Shown: positions 1 to 13,300 of the stretch, piece after piece
Layout of the letters: every line of letters starts with the position of its first letter
Position numbering within the stretch: the stretch's first letter is position 1
Assembly: GCA_040954595.2 (NCBI GenBank)
Contig: CM082580.2
Coordinates: forward strand, 6,207,519-6,271,518
Direction: 5' to 3'
Length of the DNA stretch: 64,000 bases
Source: Balanoglossus misakiensis
Lineage: Eukaryota; Animalia; Hemichordata
Notes under the pieces: generated by a model
What the model was told of the DNA's origin: nothing
Database searches by the model: none
The model's input: only the letters and a program-made list of their open reading frames with translations
Position numbers and translations under genes: made by a program

Positions 1-1512
1 GCTAATCTCTGGACATAAAACGGGCATTTGACTACATTTGGAATTCAAAATGGCTGCCCATAGACATTTGAACTAGATCGTGCTTGAAAACAAGAAGTTG
101 AGAGCTCAAGTTTTCATCTGTAAGGTATCATCTACCGTCATTGAAGATGGTGTCATTATTTCGCGATAATTTTTCAGGATCTTAATTTAAATTTCGTTTG
201 ATGAATAGTGTACATTTCTCACGATTTTACACATTTTCTACCTTGACCTGTATTTCGGCAAATGGGTTACTAGTATCATAGTATATATGTTAAAGTAACA
301 CTGAACAGTGATCGTTCGATTCTCGGGTCAATTAATACTGTAAAAATATTCTTACAAAATGTTTCTCCTATTAGGAAATAAAATCCGTATTCTCAACGAC
401 AGAAAGAGGAGAGAAAGAAGGGAAGTTAACGCTGTCGCCAGCCGATCGTCTGCGTCACTTTCAATATGGCGTCAGGCGGGTGACAACCAAATAAGTGACG
501 TGTAATAATAGCGGGTATTTTTGACAAAATGAGACTACGGTGAAAGGAATAGCCGAGAGGAACACGTCAGCTTGTGGTCTAATGAGCTGTTCGAGAAAGC
601 CACAGCCGATATGCAAGCCTTGCGGGTGAGAATTAAAATTGAAAGCTGTCAAGACACTTCAGCCCCTTAATGTCCCAATTATACACTTTTCAATCGGTGA
701 ACTCTGACCCCGTAGCAAGCAGCCTCGTTACAGCCATTCTTGTCCCATATTACACTTACAATGGCAACTGTGCGGCTCGATTCTCAATTCATCTGTGCCA
801 TCTTCTCAAACCGCATTTCTCTTAATCAGAATACGGCAATATACTGTATGAATAATTTATGTGTAACCAGCTCGAGGTTTCGAAACGGCACAAATGCTTC
901 TCATGAAAGCAACCGCCATTTCACAGAACCTGGCTCGGTCCCAGAACAAAGGTTCGGAGACTACTATACCGCCAACCTTTGAAAAACGTTCCACAGAAAT
1001 ATTCAACAGCTGCTAGCTGCCGCACTATACGGTGCAGTCAAATTTCCTTTGCGAAAATTAAAAAGGGGCGGATGATTTCTGGGGGACAAATACGGCACCA
1101 AGGATATCCGGCACAATAGTTCCAACTCCAAGTGAAACAATGAAGGGATACACTCTATAGGACGTTCCACCAATCACGTTACGCGGAACTATAACTAGAC
1201 CGCCAATTTGTTCCGAGCGCTTCAGTTTTTTTATGACATTCACCAAAATCGATTGTCTGGAGTTAACAAAACGACACTGATCTGCAGCTATAGTTACCGC
1301 GCAGACACCCATTAAAGATAACGGCCTTTCCAGGTGCTTTGTGCAAGGAAATTGCACCGTTTACCCTTAAAACTAACAATTTTCGGGGGTCGAGTAAAGC
1401 AAAAATTTTAAGATTCGATGTCGGCTATAAGCCACGTCTCGATTGCATGCGTTAGTCTACTGTGTGAATTCAATGTAAATTGGCGTTGATTTTCCACGGG
1501 AACTGAGTAATA

Positions 1513-1565
1513 CTACGGCGTTTTACCATAAAAACATACTATGTTTTTATGGTAAAACGCCGTAG
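1513..1565. repeat. Perfect 53-bp palindrome (26-bp arms, 1-nt loop)
   Basis: ctacggcgttttaccataaaaacata-c-tatgtttttatggtaaaacgccgtag; the arms are exact reverse complements; no clean TSD. Confidence 0.9.
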
Positions 1566-4500
1566 AATTTACTAGACCTGCCCGACACAATCCCTACAAA
1601 TATTTGTCCTAGTGAGTACATGTACATATCTCTCGGATTCAACGCAAATCAGACAGCGTGCACCGCGCGTAGTCTAGCGCCACCATATTTTTGTTGACCT
1701 CAAGACAGGACAGTCGTGTTTTGCTGTCGGCCGCGAGGATCACCCCTGACCACACATCCCTGTCCTGTGTTTCACAAAATAACCGTCTGTGTTTTGTCAT
1801 CGCTCTGGAACGGGCGACTCCCTTGTGATCTACCACCCGGGCGTAATTCAAACACAACAGACCACCGCCGTGTAATTTCGGGGACAACTTTTGAGTTGTT
1901 TGGCTTTCGGGGTGGGATAATGGGGCTCTGGCCTGTAAAAGTCTTACGTTATTCCCAACTTTTCCTGATAAAACCTATTAACCCTTAACCTCGGAACCTC
2001 ATGTGTTTTGTTTAAGTTGTCGTGGTGATATTTTGACTAGTAATAGTATACAGGAAGTTTTTTTTTTTATCACGGACGATGACTTATGGTTGCTAAAATT
2101 GAAATCAAGATAGTTCGAAGTTGTATAAGGCTCTGCATTTTTATCAAGAAGAGGCAGAGTTTTAACGACTGTGAAATTCCCGTCAAATCTGATTCACATG
2201 GACTATATTGTCAGACTGAACAGTCTGTATATGTCTATGCTGTGAAGTCTCGTATGTTTCCCTATAATCTAGCCTCATCACATTAATTGGCCCCGGTGGA
2301 ATGGGAACTACTTTAATTGGTTGAATCACTAAACGGGCCTACTTACCAAAATCAGATGCCCATTGATATACCGACGCATCCCGTCTAACTAGCACGGAAT
2401 AAATTCTGGAATTTTGAAAGATATGAAACAACATAACGATATAACAAGTCCGCGATCAGGTGTTTCCTGAAAGACCTTTGACCCAGGCGCGCTTGCTGGG
2501 AGAATTTCTTATGAAGTTTTTAAGCTCCGCTTGGCGTTATTAACGTCGCTTCTCGTGTGTACGAATTTCGGGTCATATTTCTCGCTCTGCTAGATTGATA
2601 CTGGGCCGCTAATTATTTCTGTCTCTAAAGTTTGCACGTCAAGCTGCGCGGCTGAACCCAGAACTGCGGAGCCGGCGACATGGGATCGCTCGAGACCGCC
2701 GATTAAGTTGGAATGCCAGAATCGAGAAATAATTCCAGCGAGAGACGGGAGAAATCTTATAATGCCTTTTTCCGCGATATCTGCTATCTGCGAAATATGC
2801 AGTCATAGAATCGGTGCGCATTATGGGACCAAGTTTGTGTATATTAACGTGAGTCATCTAAATGATCAACTCTGGCGCCTAGCTTTTTCATCTTCACTAG
2901 AAGGGAAGGAACAATTAGAGAAGTGGGCGCGTGGTGGAATTTAAAAAAATGCAAATCTTAACCGAAAGAGTTGTTTCTCTTGTATGGAACTCACACTTGG
3001 CAATATACCAGCTTCCTTGACAAGCTGGGTCCAGCAATTGTATTTTTTTTACGAATTTTGCGCCGACAGACGATCCACAGGAAATCACCCCGGCGAGATT
3101 TCTGGCTCGTTCCTGGATCAGTCTCGGCGTCGCCTTCAGGCCGGCGTATTAAGGTAATGAGCCTGACCCCCGGTGAATTACATGCAGGGTTCGCTATCTC
3201 CGATAATAGTTCTCACAACTGAGTGCAACTTCAGACCGACAGTCAGAATAGAAAGAGGCCACCCCGTGAGAGAAAAAAAAGATCTCGACAAAGTTACATG
3301 AATACGTGCATTTTAAAAAATCACTTCAATGTACCAAGTCGCGAACGATCGGTGCAGTGACATCGCGGTGGTCGTTAAGTAGCACCCGCCAACATTGCAA
3401 ATGGCGCAACATGTTTTTGTAAATTGATACTGGAACGATGAATATTCAAAGTGAAACACTTCACGGGCGATTTCCACAGACAAACAAAATTATCTAATGG
3501 AAGCAAATTGGTGATGAACGTGTAATAGCCCCGCATAGCTATTTATCACGCTATAATTTGCTATGCAAATTTCCCTCGCATTGCAAATTAATAACTTTAT
3601 AATGGTTAGATTCACACAGAAGATTCTGAACGAGCGATAAGGTGTTTTACCGACGTCAAGGAGTTACGAAGGAGTTTATTTCACATATTCTACCTGTATG
3701 ATCGAGAGAAGGTGTCGTCTGCCACAAACTGGGATTGAATTAAACATTCCTGCTGTAGATAATAAATGTGTCTTTTGAGGGTTTTCCGACCCAGCCTTCG
3801 AAAATGTGGCGTGGTTACAAGACTATATTTCACAACGCTTTATACCAAGGTCAACTGATACTTTAAGATTACAAATGTAGTTTATAGTTACGTATAATCA
3901 ATCGAAGATCGGTGCCTTCTACGAAATCTTCGTGTTCTCCAACAAACAGCGACATGAATCGATTCATAAGAAAAAAATTACGATCGCTCCTAATGCCTGA
4001 TACGCGTATTACTAAATCCATTTTGTTAGCAGAGGAATTCGTATTTCAAAATGCGCGGTGGAAGTTCAAACACCCAATTTCTTCATCATTTTAGGCGTTG
4101 GTGGTAGTACATGTATGTTGGTGTCGACGGTATGTGGGTCTCGTCGAAATTTTCAAAAGGCGAGATAAAAAAATAACTCTTTAACCTGCGTTCACCCTAC
4201 TTTTGTTTGTAATTATAATATATTGTACGATTGGCTGTTGGGGGGGGGGGGAACAACTGCGACCAAGAGTGTCCATTTTCGATTTAACAGCACAAAGGCG
4301 GGAAACGATAACTTTCGCGACGTGAGGTGTTTTGAAGCGTGGCGTATTCCTCCAATCTGGCTGTCTGCCCCTGCTAATGCACCCCTTATCGCAGACTGCA
4401 ATCGGTTTCTGTGTAGCTTCGCAGAGACTAGGCTTTTAGCGCACAGCGTGGAGTCAAAGGCAAAAGAGAAAAAAAATAACTGCGTCGGGATTAGGGAAGT

Positions 4501-6759
4501 GCTGCAAATCGACCTCGTTGCAAGCTTTCTCGGCTTTGCTATTGGATGCGCTGTCTGGTGCCCCCGTTTGATAATGTGATTTTTGGTGCCACGCTGCCGC
4601 CAGTTCAAACAACGGCTTCAGGTGATAGTCGATTCCTTGGCTCCTCAAAGAGAGAGAAAAAAAAAAGGTTGGCGATTTCGATCATTGATACCCTATCTAT
4701 CCATATTCGTCAACTCTAATCCGTCGCTGGCTCTAACGAGTTTCCCCGGCCCCACAAAGGCAGGGCCAGCATTTTAGCTCCTTTGTTCGCTGTTTATTAA
4801 ATATTGCGATGACCTTAAAATGCACACGCCATTATCAGTTGCGTCTGTCATTTTCAATAATGCATGAGTGTGCTCGCTTTGACATAACAGCCCTGGTTGT
4901 CGGAGCAGACTACAGGCTGCAACTTTTGGCGGCCTTTCAATGTTTTTTTCTCTCCTTCAACTGCACCCATAAAGAGCGCGAAATTAGACGCCAAGAGTGA
5001 GCATTTGACAGTTTCTAATAACATTCTCCATCATACAAGAGTTCAATTCTTTTTCGAAATATCTGACCTGTCTTCTCAGTCTCGGTGCGCCCCAGTTCAT
5101 ACCAATTCTGCAAGTCATTGGCTGATGCGTGGTTGAAGAAAAGTTCATTGCTAAGTCACTTCACTTACAGACAGACATTCCTATGATAGCGGACCCAGAC
5201 TAACTCAGCTACACCGACGATGGAAATAAGCGCACTTACTTTTTTAACCGATTATTTGACTAGACGGCCCCCACGCAGTCGGCCCGAACTCTCTCAGTAT
5301 AGAGAGAGTCCCTGTTCTCAGACGTCTGTTACACATGCTCAGTTAAATCGATTATACAAAGTAAAGCTCTTGAGAAGACGCTTGTTTTTGTCCCGATGTC
5401 TAAGGAGATCGATCCAATTCCTGGGCATTGTCACAGACCGATACACCAAGAGGGCTTTCGAGAAATTCCACAACAATCAAAGACAGTTCGCTGGGTCGGT
5501 CGTAACCGTGGTCGGGCGGACTCCGAGTGTGTCACTCTGATACTTGTCGGGAGCCTCCACCGTCCAAGTCAATTGTCGCCATCTCGCCGAAAACGGGAAA
5601 AAACTTACGTCGCACAAAAATTCGCAGATGCAAATACGCTGAGATGGACACAGTTAATTATCGCGGTTTGATGCGGCCCCCGTACGGAACATATAAAAAA
5701 AAGGGTTCCCAGTTGAGGGCACCTTATACGAGGTCTTTGGGCAGCGGCTGCAGGGACAGATCCCGTGGGGTGCGCGTGAAACTCGACACCCAAAGTCCTA
5801 AAGATTTGTTTTGTAAGTTATTTTTCTCCAGCCAGGATCCTGTTGAGAAGCGGAGTCCGGGCGTACCCCGTATTTGAATAGAGGGCTGGAGTCAAGGGGT
5901 TCTCGTCTACATCGTTCTACTTGAAGGAGCCTTTGAGTGGGTATCAATGTCTCCCCACAGAAAGACCCTTCTTTTGAGACAGCCAAAGGATGCCTGAATA
6001 CCGCCATTCAAATGTTTTCGCCGACCATTGACACGTCCGGGCCTTCAGTGTGGGTATTACTGAAGACCCGAACATGCCGGCCATTGAGAACGAAAACGCC
6101 CATTATGAATTCATAGGCCATTATTTTGCAACAACTATTTACTATTTATTTACCATGTCAACAGGCTGTTCTGAGGCTCTCGCCGAATCTAATCGGATAG
6201 CGCTAAATGACGTGACTTCGGCCAAATAATGACAATATTTAGAAGAAAAATAAAACATTGACTAAATTGAGAGCGGACAGAGGCTGGACGGAATTCCTTG
6301 AGTCGGTGCGATATCGACCAGACTGGGCGTCAAATCACGCTAGGCAAACCAGTTCCAAAATTGTTTAAACTTTCTGCAGACTTTATTTCTGCAGTTGGCT
6401 TTTAGCGATTAGCTTTTAAAGAGATACCGTAACGTTTAATTTGCAATTTACTGACATCGGCGTTCCCGCGTTGGAAGGTTTGTTTTTCAGACTTTGACTT
6501 CGCGCGCATGACTTCGTCAGGGTTTACCGGACGACAGAAAGGTAGAAATGCCATTGCGTCTGCGATTTTTTTGGTCGATCTATTTGTAGGGTCACATGGT
6601 AGAGGGGGAGAGCGTCTGTATAGGTGGGGCATGTGCAGTCAACAAGACGGGTGAAACAGCTCCAGCACTCGAACCCACTTCTCCAGGTTTTGACCACTTC
6701 TTTTAAAAAGCGGAAAAAATATCACAAAATAGTACAAAGGTAAATCTTGGCCAGGTAGC

Positions 6760-7217
6760 AAACAAAGATTGGTTTGATCATTAAATCAACAACAAACATA
6801 AAACCAACATTGAGGTGGTGACAGCTATTTAGAATGTAAACGCCCGCGTCGGCGCGGCGCCTCGTTACATTTAACTACTAATTAGGTGCTAGCTAAACGT
6901 AACGCCCTATCCCCGCCTCCCTTATTTTAGACCCGGAGAGGCGGACTCGGCGCCCATTTAGCGACGGCGGCTAATGAGAGACAGGTTGTACGACTGGGCC
7001 GTCTGCCCTTTATGACTATGCGGGGAAACAAAAAAGTGGCAGTTGGCGAGAGTTACGCGTGAAGTTAACGTTGGCGTTGGAGACGCGCATTTACAAACTG
7101 TGTGTGTGTACTCTGTGTGTGCGTGTGGAGCGGAACACAATACGTAGTGTAACATCGGTTGAAGAGGCAGGGATCGGATATCGCCAGCATACAGTGTGCG
7201 GGGCTGCGACAGGCAAG
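6760..7217 (+). promoter_or_regulatory. Putative BAMBI proximal promoter and 5' UTR
   Basis: CpG-rich stretch directly upstream of ATG 7218, with a reverse CCAAT (gattgg ~6768), a GC box ccccgcctcc at 6911 and GGCGCC motifs near 6856 and 6949; TSS not determinable. Confidence 0.45.
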
Positions 7218-7302
7218 ATGGCCACCCGTGTACACTGTCCAGCCTGGACTACCTCCATCGTGCTGTTGTACACCGTTTTGAGCAGTCTACAGCTAACTTA
7301 TG
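7218..7302 (+). CDS. BAMBI: BAMBI coding exon 1 (signal peptide)
   Basis: aagATGg Kozak; MATRVHCPAWTTSIVLLYTVLSSLQLTY(G); donor G|gtaagt at 7303; phase 1 matches the exon 2 acceptor. Confidence 0.8.
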
Positions 7303-10300
7303 GTAAGTTTTCATACCCTATGAACGCCAGGCACGCTCTGTTCTGCGTCTCGTGACCTGTTATAGCGAGCGTTAGTGTGTGCGAGTCTTCGGAACATATG
7401 TCCCGGTTACACACACACAGCCGCGAACGTGCTCCTCCACTACACTGTTATTGATAAGCAAAGCGTGACCATTGACTGTTCAAAACAACATTTCTTGTGT
7501 GTTTTGGTGGCCATAAAACGGGCGGTCGGGGGTCCACCTTGGACTCGTGAGAGCTCGCTTTCGACTCGGGCCGAGGTGTACGGTCGCTTGTGTGGCTTCT
7601 CGGCGTTTTTGAATGGCTAATTCCGCGTGCGAAAACTGATTAGCGCCACTCCAACTATTTCACTAGTGCGCCGAGTATTTGTTGCATTGTTCCCAAGTTT
7701 TTTTTGGTGTCCCGTCTCCAGTTACCGCTGTGACTACCACCAGACATGCGGTCACCGCAGTGCCTGTCACCAAAGATTGGTCGGTCACCCGGTGACCCGC
7801 TAAAGTGGACACCGCGGTACCCGGTGCCGATCTGAGAACGACCGAATTGGTTGGCACAGAACTCGGGACTCTGTTTAGGGGTGACTCTACTTTTGACCAG
7901 AAAAACTCTGAGCTGCAGCTCCGCGCTCGAGGGGCTGCGACTGGTGTGTCTGGGCATTGTCATCCGTTTGAAAACCACTGAGCCCATACATTATACTGAA
8001 ATAGGAGACGGCTGTGCATTTCTGAGCGAGGTCGGTCGGTGCTGTATATTATGGCGCGGAACCCAGGAATGACCACACGTCCATTGCGAGGTTTTTTTTT
8101 GTTTTACTCCTTCAGAGATGAACTCGCAGATCCCTGAATAAGTGGGCCAACTATTGACTTAGTTTAGACTGATCTATAACTTGAAAGAATGGCCGCTGAG
8201 ATAATAGTTTGCTTTTGAGAGGCCCACAATGGAGGACTGCGAGCAACAACTGGCTACAGCATTATGTGCAACCATCAACACAATACACACACGGCGTTCG
8301 CTGTCTGCGGAATGAATAAGGACGGAGGCCGGCAAATCCCCCAGTGGGGCGTTTCAGAGCCCTCTTCATCAAACACGATTTCACCCCCTTTTCTATGCGC
8401 ATCCACTCGAGTCCTCGAGTTGGCTGCCAGGGCTCCCCCTAATGCCATTCTCATCGCGTTAGTGTCGATGATACTTGAAAGTGCGAAACATTCCATGCCA
8501 TATGCTGTTTGCAAATGTAATTAATAAAGACCCCTGATGTAGTTAGGGGCAGGGAGTGGGATTCCGCGGGGCCGGTCTATACCTCCGCCGTGACCCAGCC
8601 CCGCTGGAAAAGATAAACCAACGTGATCTCAGTATAGCCAGGAGCGGTGAAGTTAAGGTTTCATAAATTCACAGCCAGAGGCAACAGAATCACACAGCGT
8701 TGCCACAGACGAAGACTCTGTCTCGCGCAAGTCTCCTCCATCCACCCCGCTGTTCCAGAGTCCCATAATGCACAATTTTACAAAGTTGACATCCGGGCGA
8801 CTCACTCGAAAATTGGCCTCGCTTCCGCTGTGTATCTCTTCTGCGTTGCGCGTATCTAATAAATTGACATTAACGCATTACCGACAGCAATTAGCGTGTA
8901 AGACCAGAAACGCGCACAGTGTGCCATAAAATGCGTGTCTGTACAAATAAGACGTGTGTTTTAATTAAATCAAGGAAGATTTAAAGAGAGATTGGAGAGA
9001 TATTTATTCCCACAGATGTTTGGTGTTTGGTTAGGTCATTTTAGGTGGTGTCATGTGAATGTGTGTAGCTACGCATTTGGGGGGGGGGGGGCAATGGAGT
9101 GTAGACACCCCCCTCCCACAGCTGGACCGGGGTTATACACACAAACCCTCTCGTTGTTTGGCCTTGCTGCGCGACAGGACTTTTGATAGAACTGGAGGCG
9201 GTCGTAACTGTTGTCTAGAGGCAAGTTTTAGGCTAATAGCCAAGGAGACTGCCTTGGTTCAGAGGTGGGGTCTCTCGGATAAGTGTACTGGCAATGGGGA
9301 AAGGTCAATTCTATGCATGGAACAGCCTCTGGGCTGCCAGAGAGCCAGCACACATCAGCGATCAAGCGAGCTGGAATAAAAGAAGACGTCCAAAACACCC
9401 CCGGGGGAGAAGTTTGTAATTAATGGGAATAAGTCGACGCGTTTGATAGATACCAAATCTCATGGTTGCATCAGCGACTATCCCCGCCGAAGTGGATGAA
9501 AGTTTACATTTGCAGTGGTTAAAAGATAATCCGTGCTTATAAGTCTGCAGTCCGGTCGGAATTAATGAAAAACAGCAGGGTCTGTCTGTGGCATATTTTG
9601 ATAGCATTTCATGGCCGCTCCCCCATAACTGGATAAGCGTTTACCTTATACTGCAAGTCTTCTCTTAACATTGTAATTCACATGGTGCCCTTTCTTGTGC
9701 CTGATGGGGTTTTTGAATGAAAACCAACTGGTAACAAAGATACTTGGGCTTAATCACTGCCTCTTTCACAAGCATGAATGCCCAGCCATGCGCTGTAATG
9801 CCCCTGTGATCAGCAGTGAGAGAGGGAGAAAACCAACAAACCATTTTCAGTTTGGGTGGTATGTGTTCGCGCGGGTGCCTGTGCCTGGAACGCGAACGCT
9901 GACAACTGTTTTCGAGATGGGAAGGGAACAAGATACGGGCCCGGCCGCGATTTGGGAAATCGAGACTGCCCCGCTCAGAGAGAAAGTGGCCGCCGTTTTG
10001 ATCGCGCAGTGGCGGGATTCCAAAGAAGTAAGGGAAAACTCCCCCCGGTTATGCAGACACAAATAACACCGGCTAATCCGAAAAATTAAAATATGGTAGT
10101 CTCTTTTACAGCGTTTGTTTAAGGGCGACGTCCGAGAACGTGTTATGAGTTTGGCGTTGTTTTGCGGGCTGGGCAACTGTAATTGAATACCTTTGTTTCA
10201 GCCTTGCTAGGGCTACTGACACAGCCGCGTGTAGGGTTTCACCAGAAACGGGATACACAACTGCAGTGTTCCCATGTTTTTTTTATTCAAACCAGCGCTA

Positions 10301-13300
10301 GCTCGCCGTGGTTATCCCCAGCAAAAGAACAATGTTTACTGTAGCGTCTCGCGTTATTTCAAGAGCATTTCCCCGGGCCTGTCTTCGCGAAAATTGATGT
10401 GTTGTCAGTGTGTGCTGATACTGGCCGGCACAGAACCGAGTCACAGGATTTCAAGTTGAGAAACTTAGATGCTCACAGAGTTTGAGGAAACCAGCAACGG
10501 TGCCTCGACGGACAAAATAGCAAGTGTTTATATTGTCGCGCCAAACACCGCTTGTAAGGTGATTTTTAAACTCCTTGATTTGTGTACGAATTCATCGCGG
10601 ACGATATAGGCAGCTGCTTATCATGGGATGCTCAAAGGAGACAACTCAGAAATTAGAGTGGCTGTGGAGTCTTCAGCCTGTCGTCTGGCTGAAGTGTTGA
10701 CTTTACACTGAAAAGAATCCGTACAAGAAGGCGCCATATTCGAAGCCCAAATTCGCGGGTCGGGCAGCTGGGAGGTGTAAGGCAAAGCTGTAACGAAAAG
10801 GCGAGGTCGAGCTCACAGCATTTCAATCTGGATTTTTTTTTACGACAGCCTTGTGCTGGTCCTACTTTTTCAGATCTTTAGTATTTGGCGGGCATTTTCA
10901 GGGCATACATGGACGGCTGGAAGGGAGGGGGGCTTTGTTCGAGAGATGTCAGTATGTGAATCGGCTCAAAGATAGGCATCATAAGCTTCAGTTGATTTCA
11001 ATATCGCTCGGAGGTAGTGAACCGAACGGATCTTCGAGTTGTCTGTCGACCGATTTCAATGGAGTTTTGTCAACACAAGAGGTCGACGGCCAGATGGCAT
11101 GCCACTATATTGCTCGATGCAATCATCCGACGTCCCATATGCACACTGCATTTCCCTTAAAAAATTCCACTTTGAATCAGTTCTCCGGGAGTTCCTCGCG
11201 TTATAACTGGCTGAGAATTTCTTCTTGCGAAATCTGGGATTAGCGATTTAAAATTGCGAGGTGACTTGCCGTTCGGAGGAACATAATATTGAGGATATCA
11301 ACATTTACTCTTTGGGGGTACAGTAAAGCAATAAAGTTGTTGAGCTTTCCTCGACGACGCGACGTTTCAACTGGTCTTTACATTCACGCACTATATCGTT
11401 CCCCGCTTCGAAGTTATGTCCGGTGGTGTTAGAAGCTCTAGTATGTTTTTTCAACCTTTGTACGGAAAAAAACAAGAAGTATTTAGGTCGAGTCAGAACC
11501 TTGTCCAGTATCGCGATTTGGGGTCATAGTCCAGTGGTATCCTCAGATAAACGATTCTTAGCGATATTTTTTTGGACGTGGCAGAATCACGGGCACAACG
11601 TTTCCACATTCCCAGACGACCCAGTCGACGCCAGCTCCACTTTTCAGCAACCGTGCGTTGAAAGAAAATCGAAAGAAACCCAAAAAGGAACATGGCTGAT
11701 TATGAAAATCGGTACCTTGGCAACAGCGAAGGGCTATAAATCCACGAGTCATTTTTGTCTCATTAGCCGCCATTAATGCTGACTGATGAGACTTAAATCT
11801 CTATCAATCACTAATCTTATCGAGGTGGGCACTCAAGATTAGATGTAATGCCAGAACAAACATAACTACTATTATATATGTGAGGAGCAAAACTGCAAAC
11901 TAACGACCGTGAAAAGTTCGGTTTATGGCAAAGTCCCGTTACGGCGCGGTTGTCCTGTCGTCTGCACAGTTGATGCAAGGCGGGAAATGTTGATATCGCC
12001 TGTCGCCAGTGACGACTTGAGCGAAAGTGATAATAATTGATACCACGCGGTTCTTGCAAAACAACCCAAATTGGCTTCTATCTCCCAGAAACACGTCCAG
12101 TGCTTCTGAGCTACACTATATAACAAGTATACCACGTCGTGCAGAGACTGGCGTCAGCGTACCGGGGTGGGCCATCTTAATAAATCTCCTGCAAACAATT
12201 AACAAGTTATACCTGAGAAAGCATGCAACGCAGAGTGTGCAAGGCGCAATGGTGTGCTTCATTACAAGCGCGGTAAGCTTCGGAAGAAAAAAGTCCGGGT
12301 GTTTTTTGCGACAGTTCCCACAGGTTCGCGGGGATCTACAGGGAGAAGACAAGTCACCCAAATGATTATATTTTGAGTGGCAGATCCGATCCTTCACAAT
12401 GCCGGCTACAACCCTTTGTGCGTTGCTGGCAACAAAAAAGACGCCAGGCGGGCGCGCGGAGAAAATCGCCATTTTGCTTTTGTGTTCTAATTTAAAATTG
12501 GCAACGCGAAGAGAAAGGGAATTCGCGCAATGAGGATAATTCGACTGCTTAATAGCGCACGTCTTTTCGTTGAATGCAATCTTTAATGGGCCCATAAACA
12601 ATACCCGACTGTATACGTCTTCTCTTTCTGTCTGTCTGTCTGCAGTACTTTTTTTAGTTTCACAGTTTTAGAAGTCTGCCAACAGAGCCAATTTCCCACC
12701 CGCAACCCGAGACTAGTGCGTGCACGAAAAATAAAATAACTGTACATGTATATACACTTCGAAGTGGTCGACGCTATATCTTTGTTTCCCAGCAAACGCC
12801 AGACATGGGAATTTTTGCCGGATTATTCTGTGGGAAAGAGAGTGGGAGAGATTGGTATGCCGATGCCAGGACAGGCTCTGTCTTTTCTCAGTGGCTGTTT
12901 ATCGCCGCAGTAAAGGGATGATGGAATTCAATCAGTGGGTTCGTTTATAGGCACCATTATTGTAGCGCTGGCTTTTCAGTCTGTCATTCGTCAAGAGCAT
13001 CCAGATAAATTATTCTGTCAGTTGCCCCCTTCTTTAACACCGCTTTCCTTTCACGGCCCTCTAATAGCATTTCTGCATACTTGCGCCAACATTGCTGCAT
13101 TGTAGTTCCGGTGCAAACGAGTCGAAAACGGCCACACAAATCCCATGGCCACTTCACCCCTTCCGCTGACGGGCCGGCCGGTCGGGGGGAGACCCGCTAT
13201 TTTCGGCCAGTAGTGTCTTTCGACGCGGACGGAGCGCGCGCGCGCGGAGAGAGAGGGGCGGTCAACGCGTTCGCGGTGGGAGTCCTGCAGTGTAGCAGCA

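Noticed and set aside
1-330. Possible transposon fragment at the window start
   Set aside because: No TIR partner or TSD is visible in the window, so it cannot be supported
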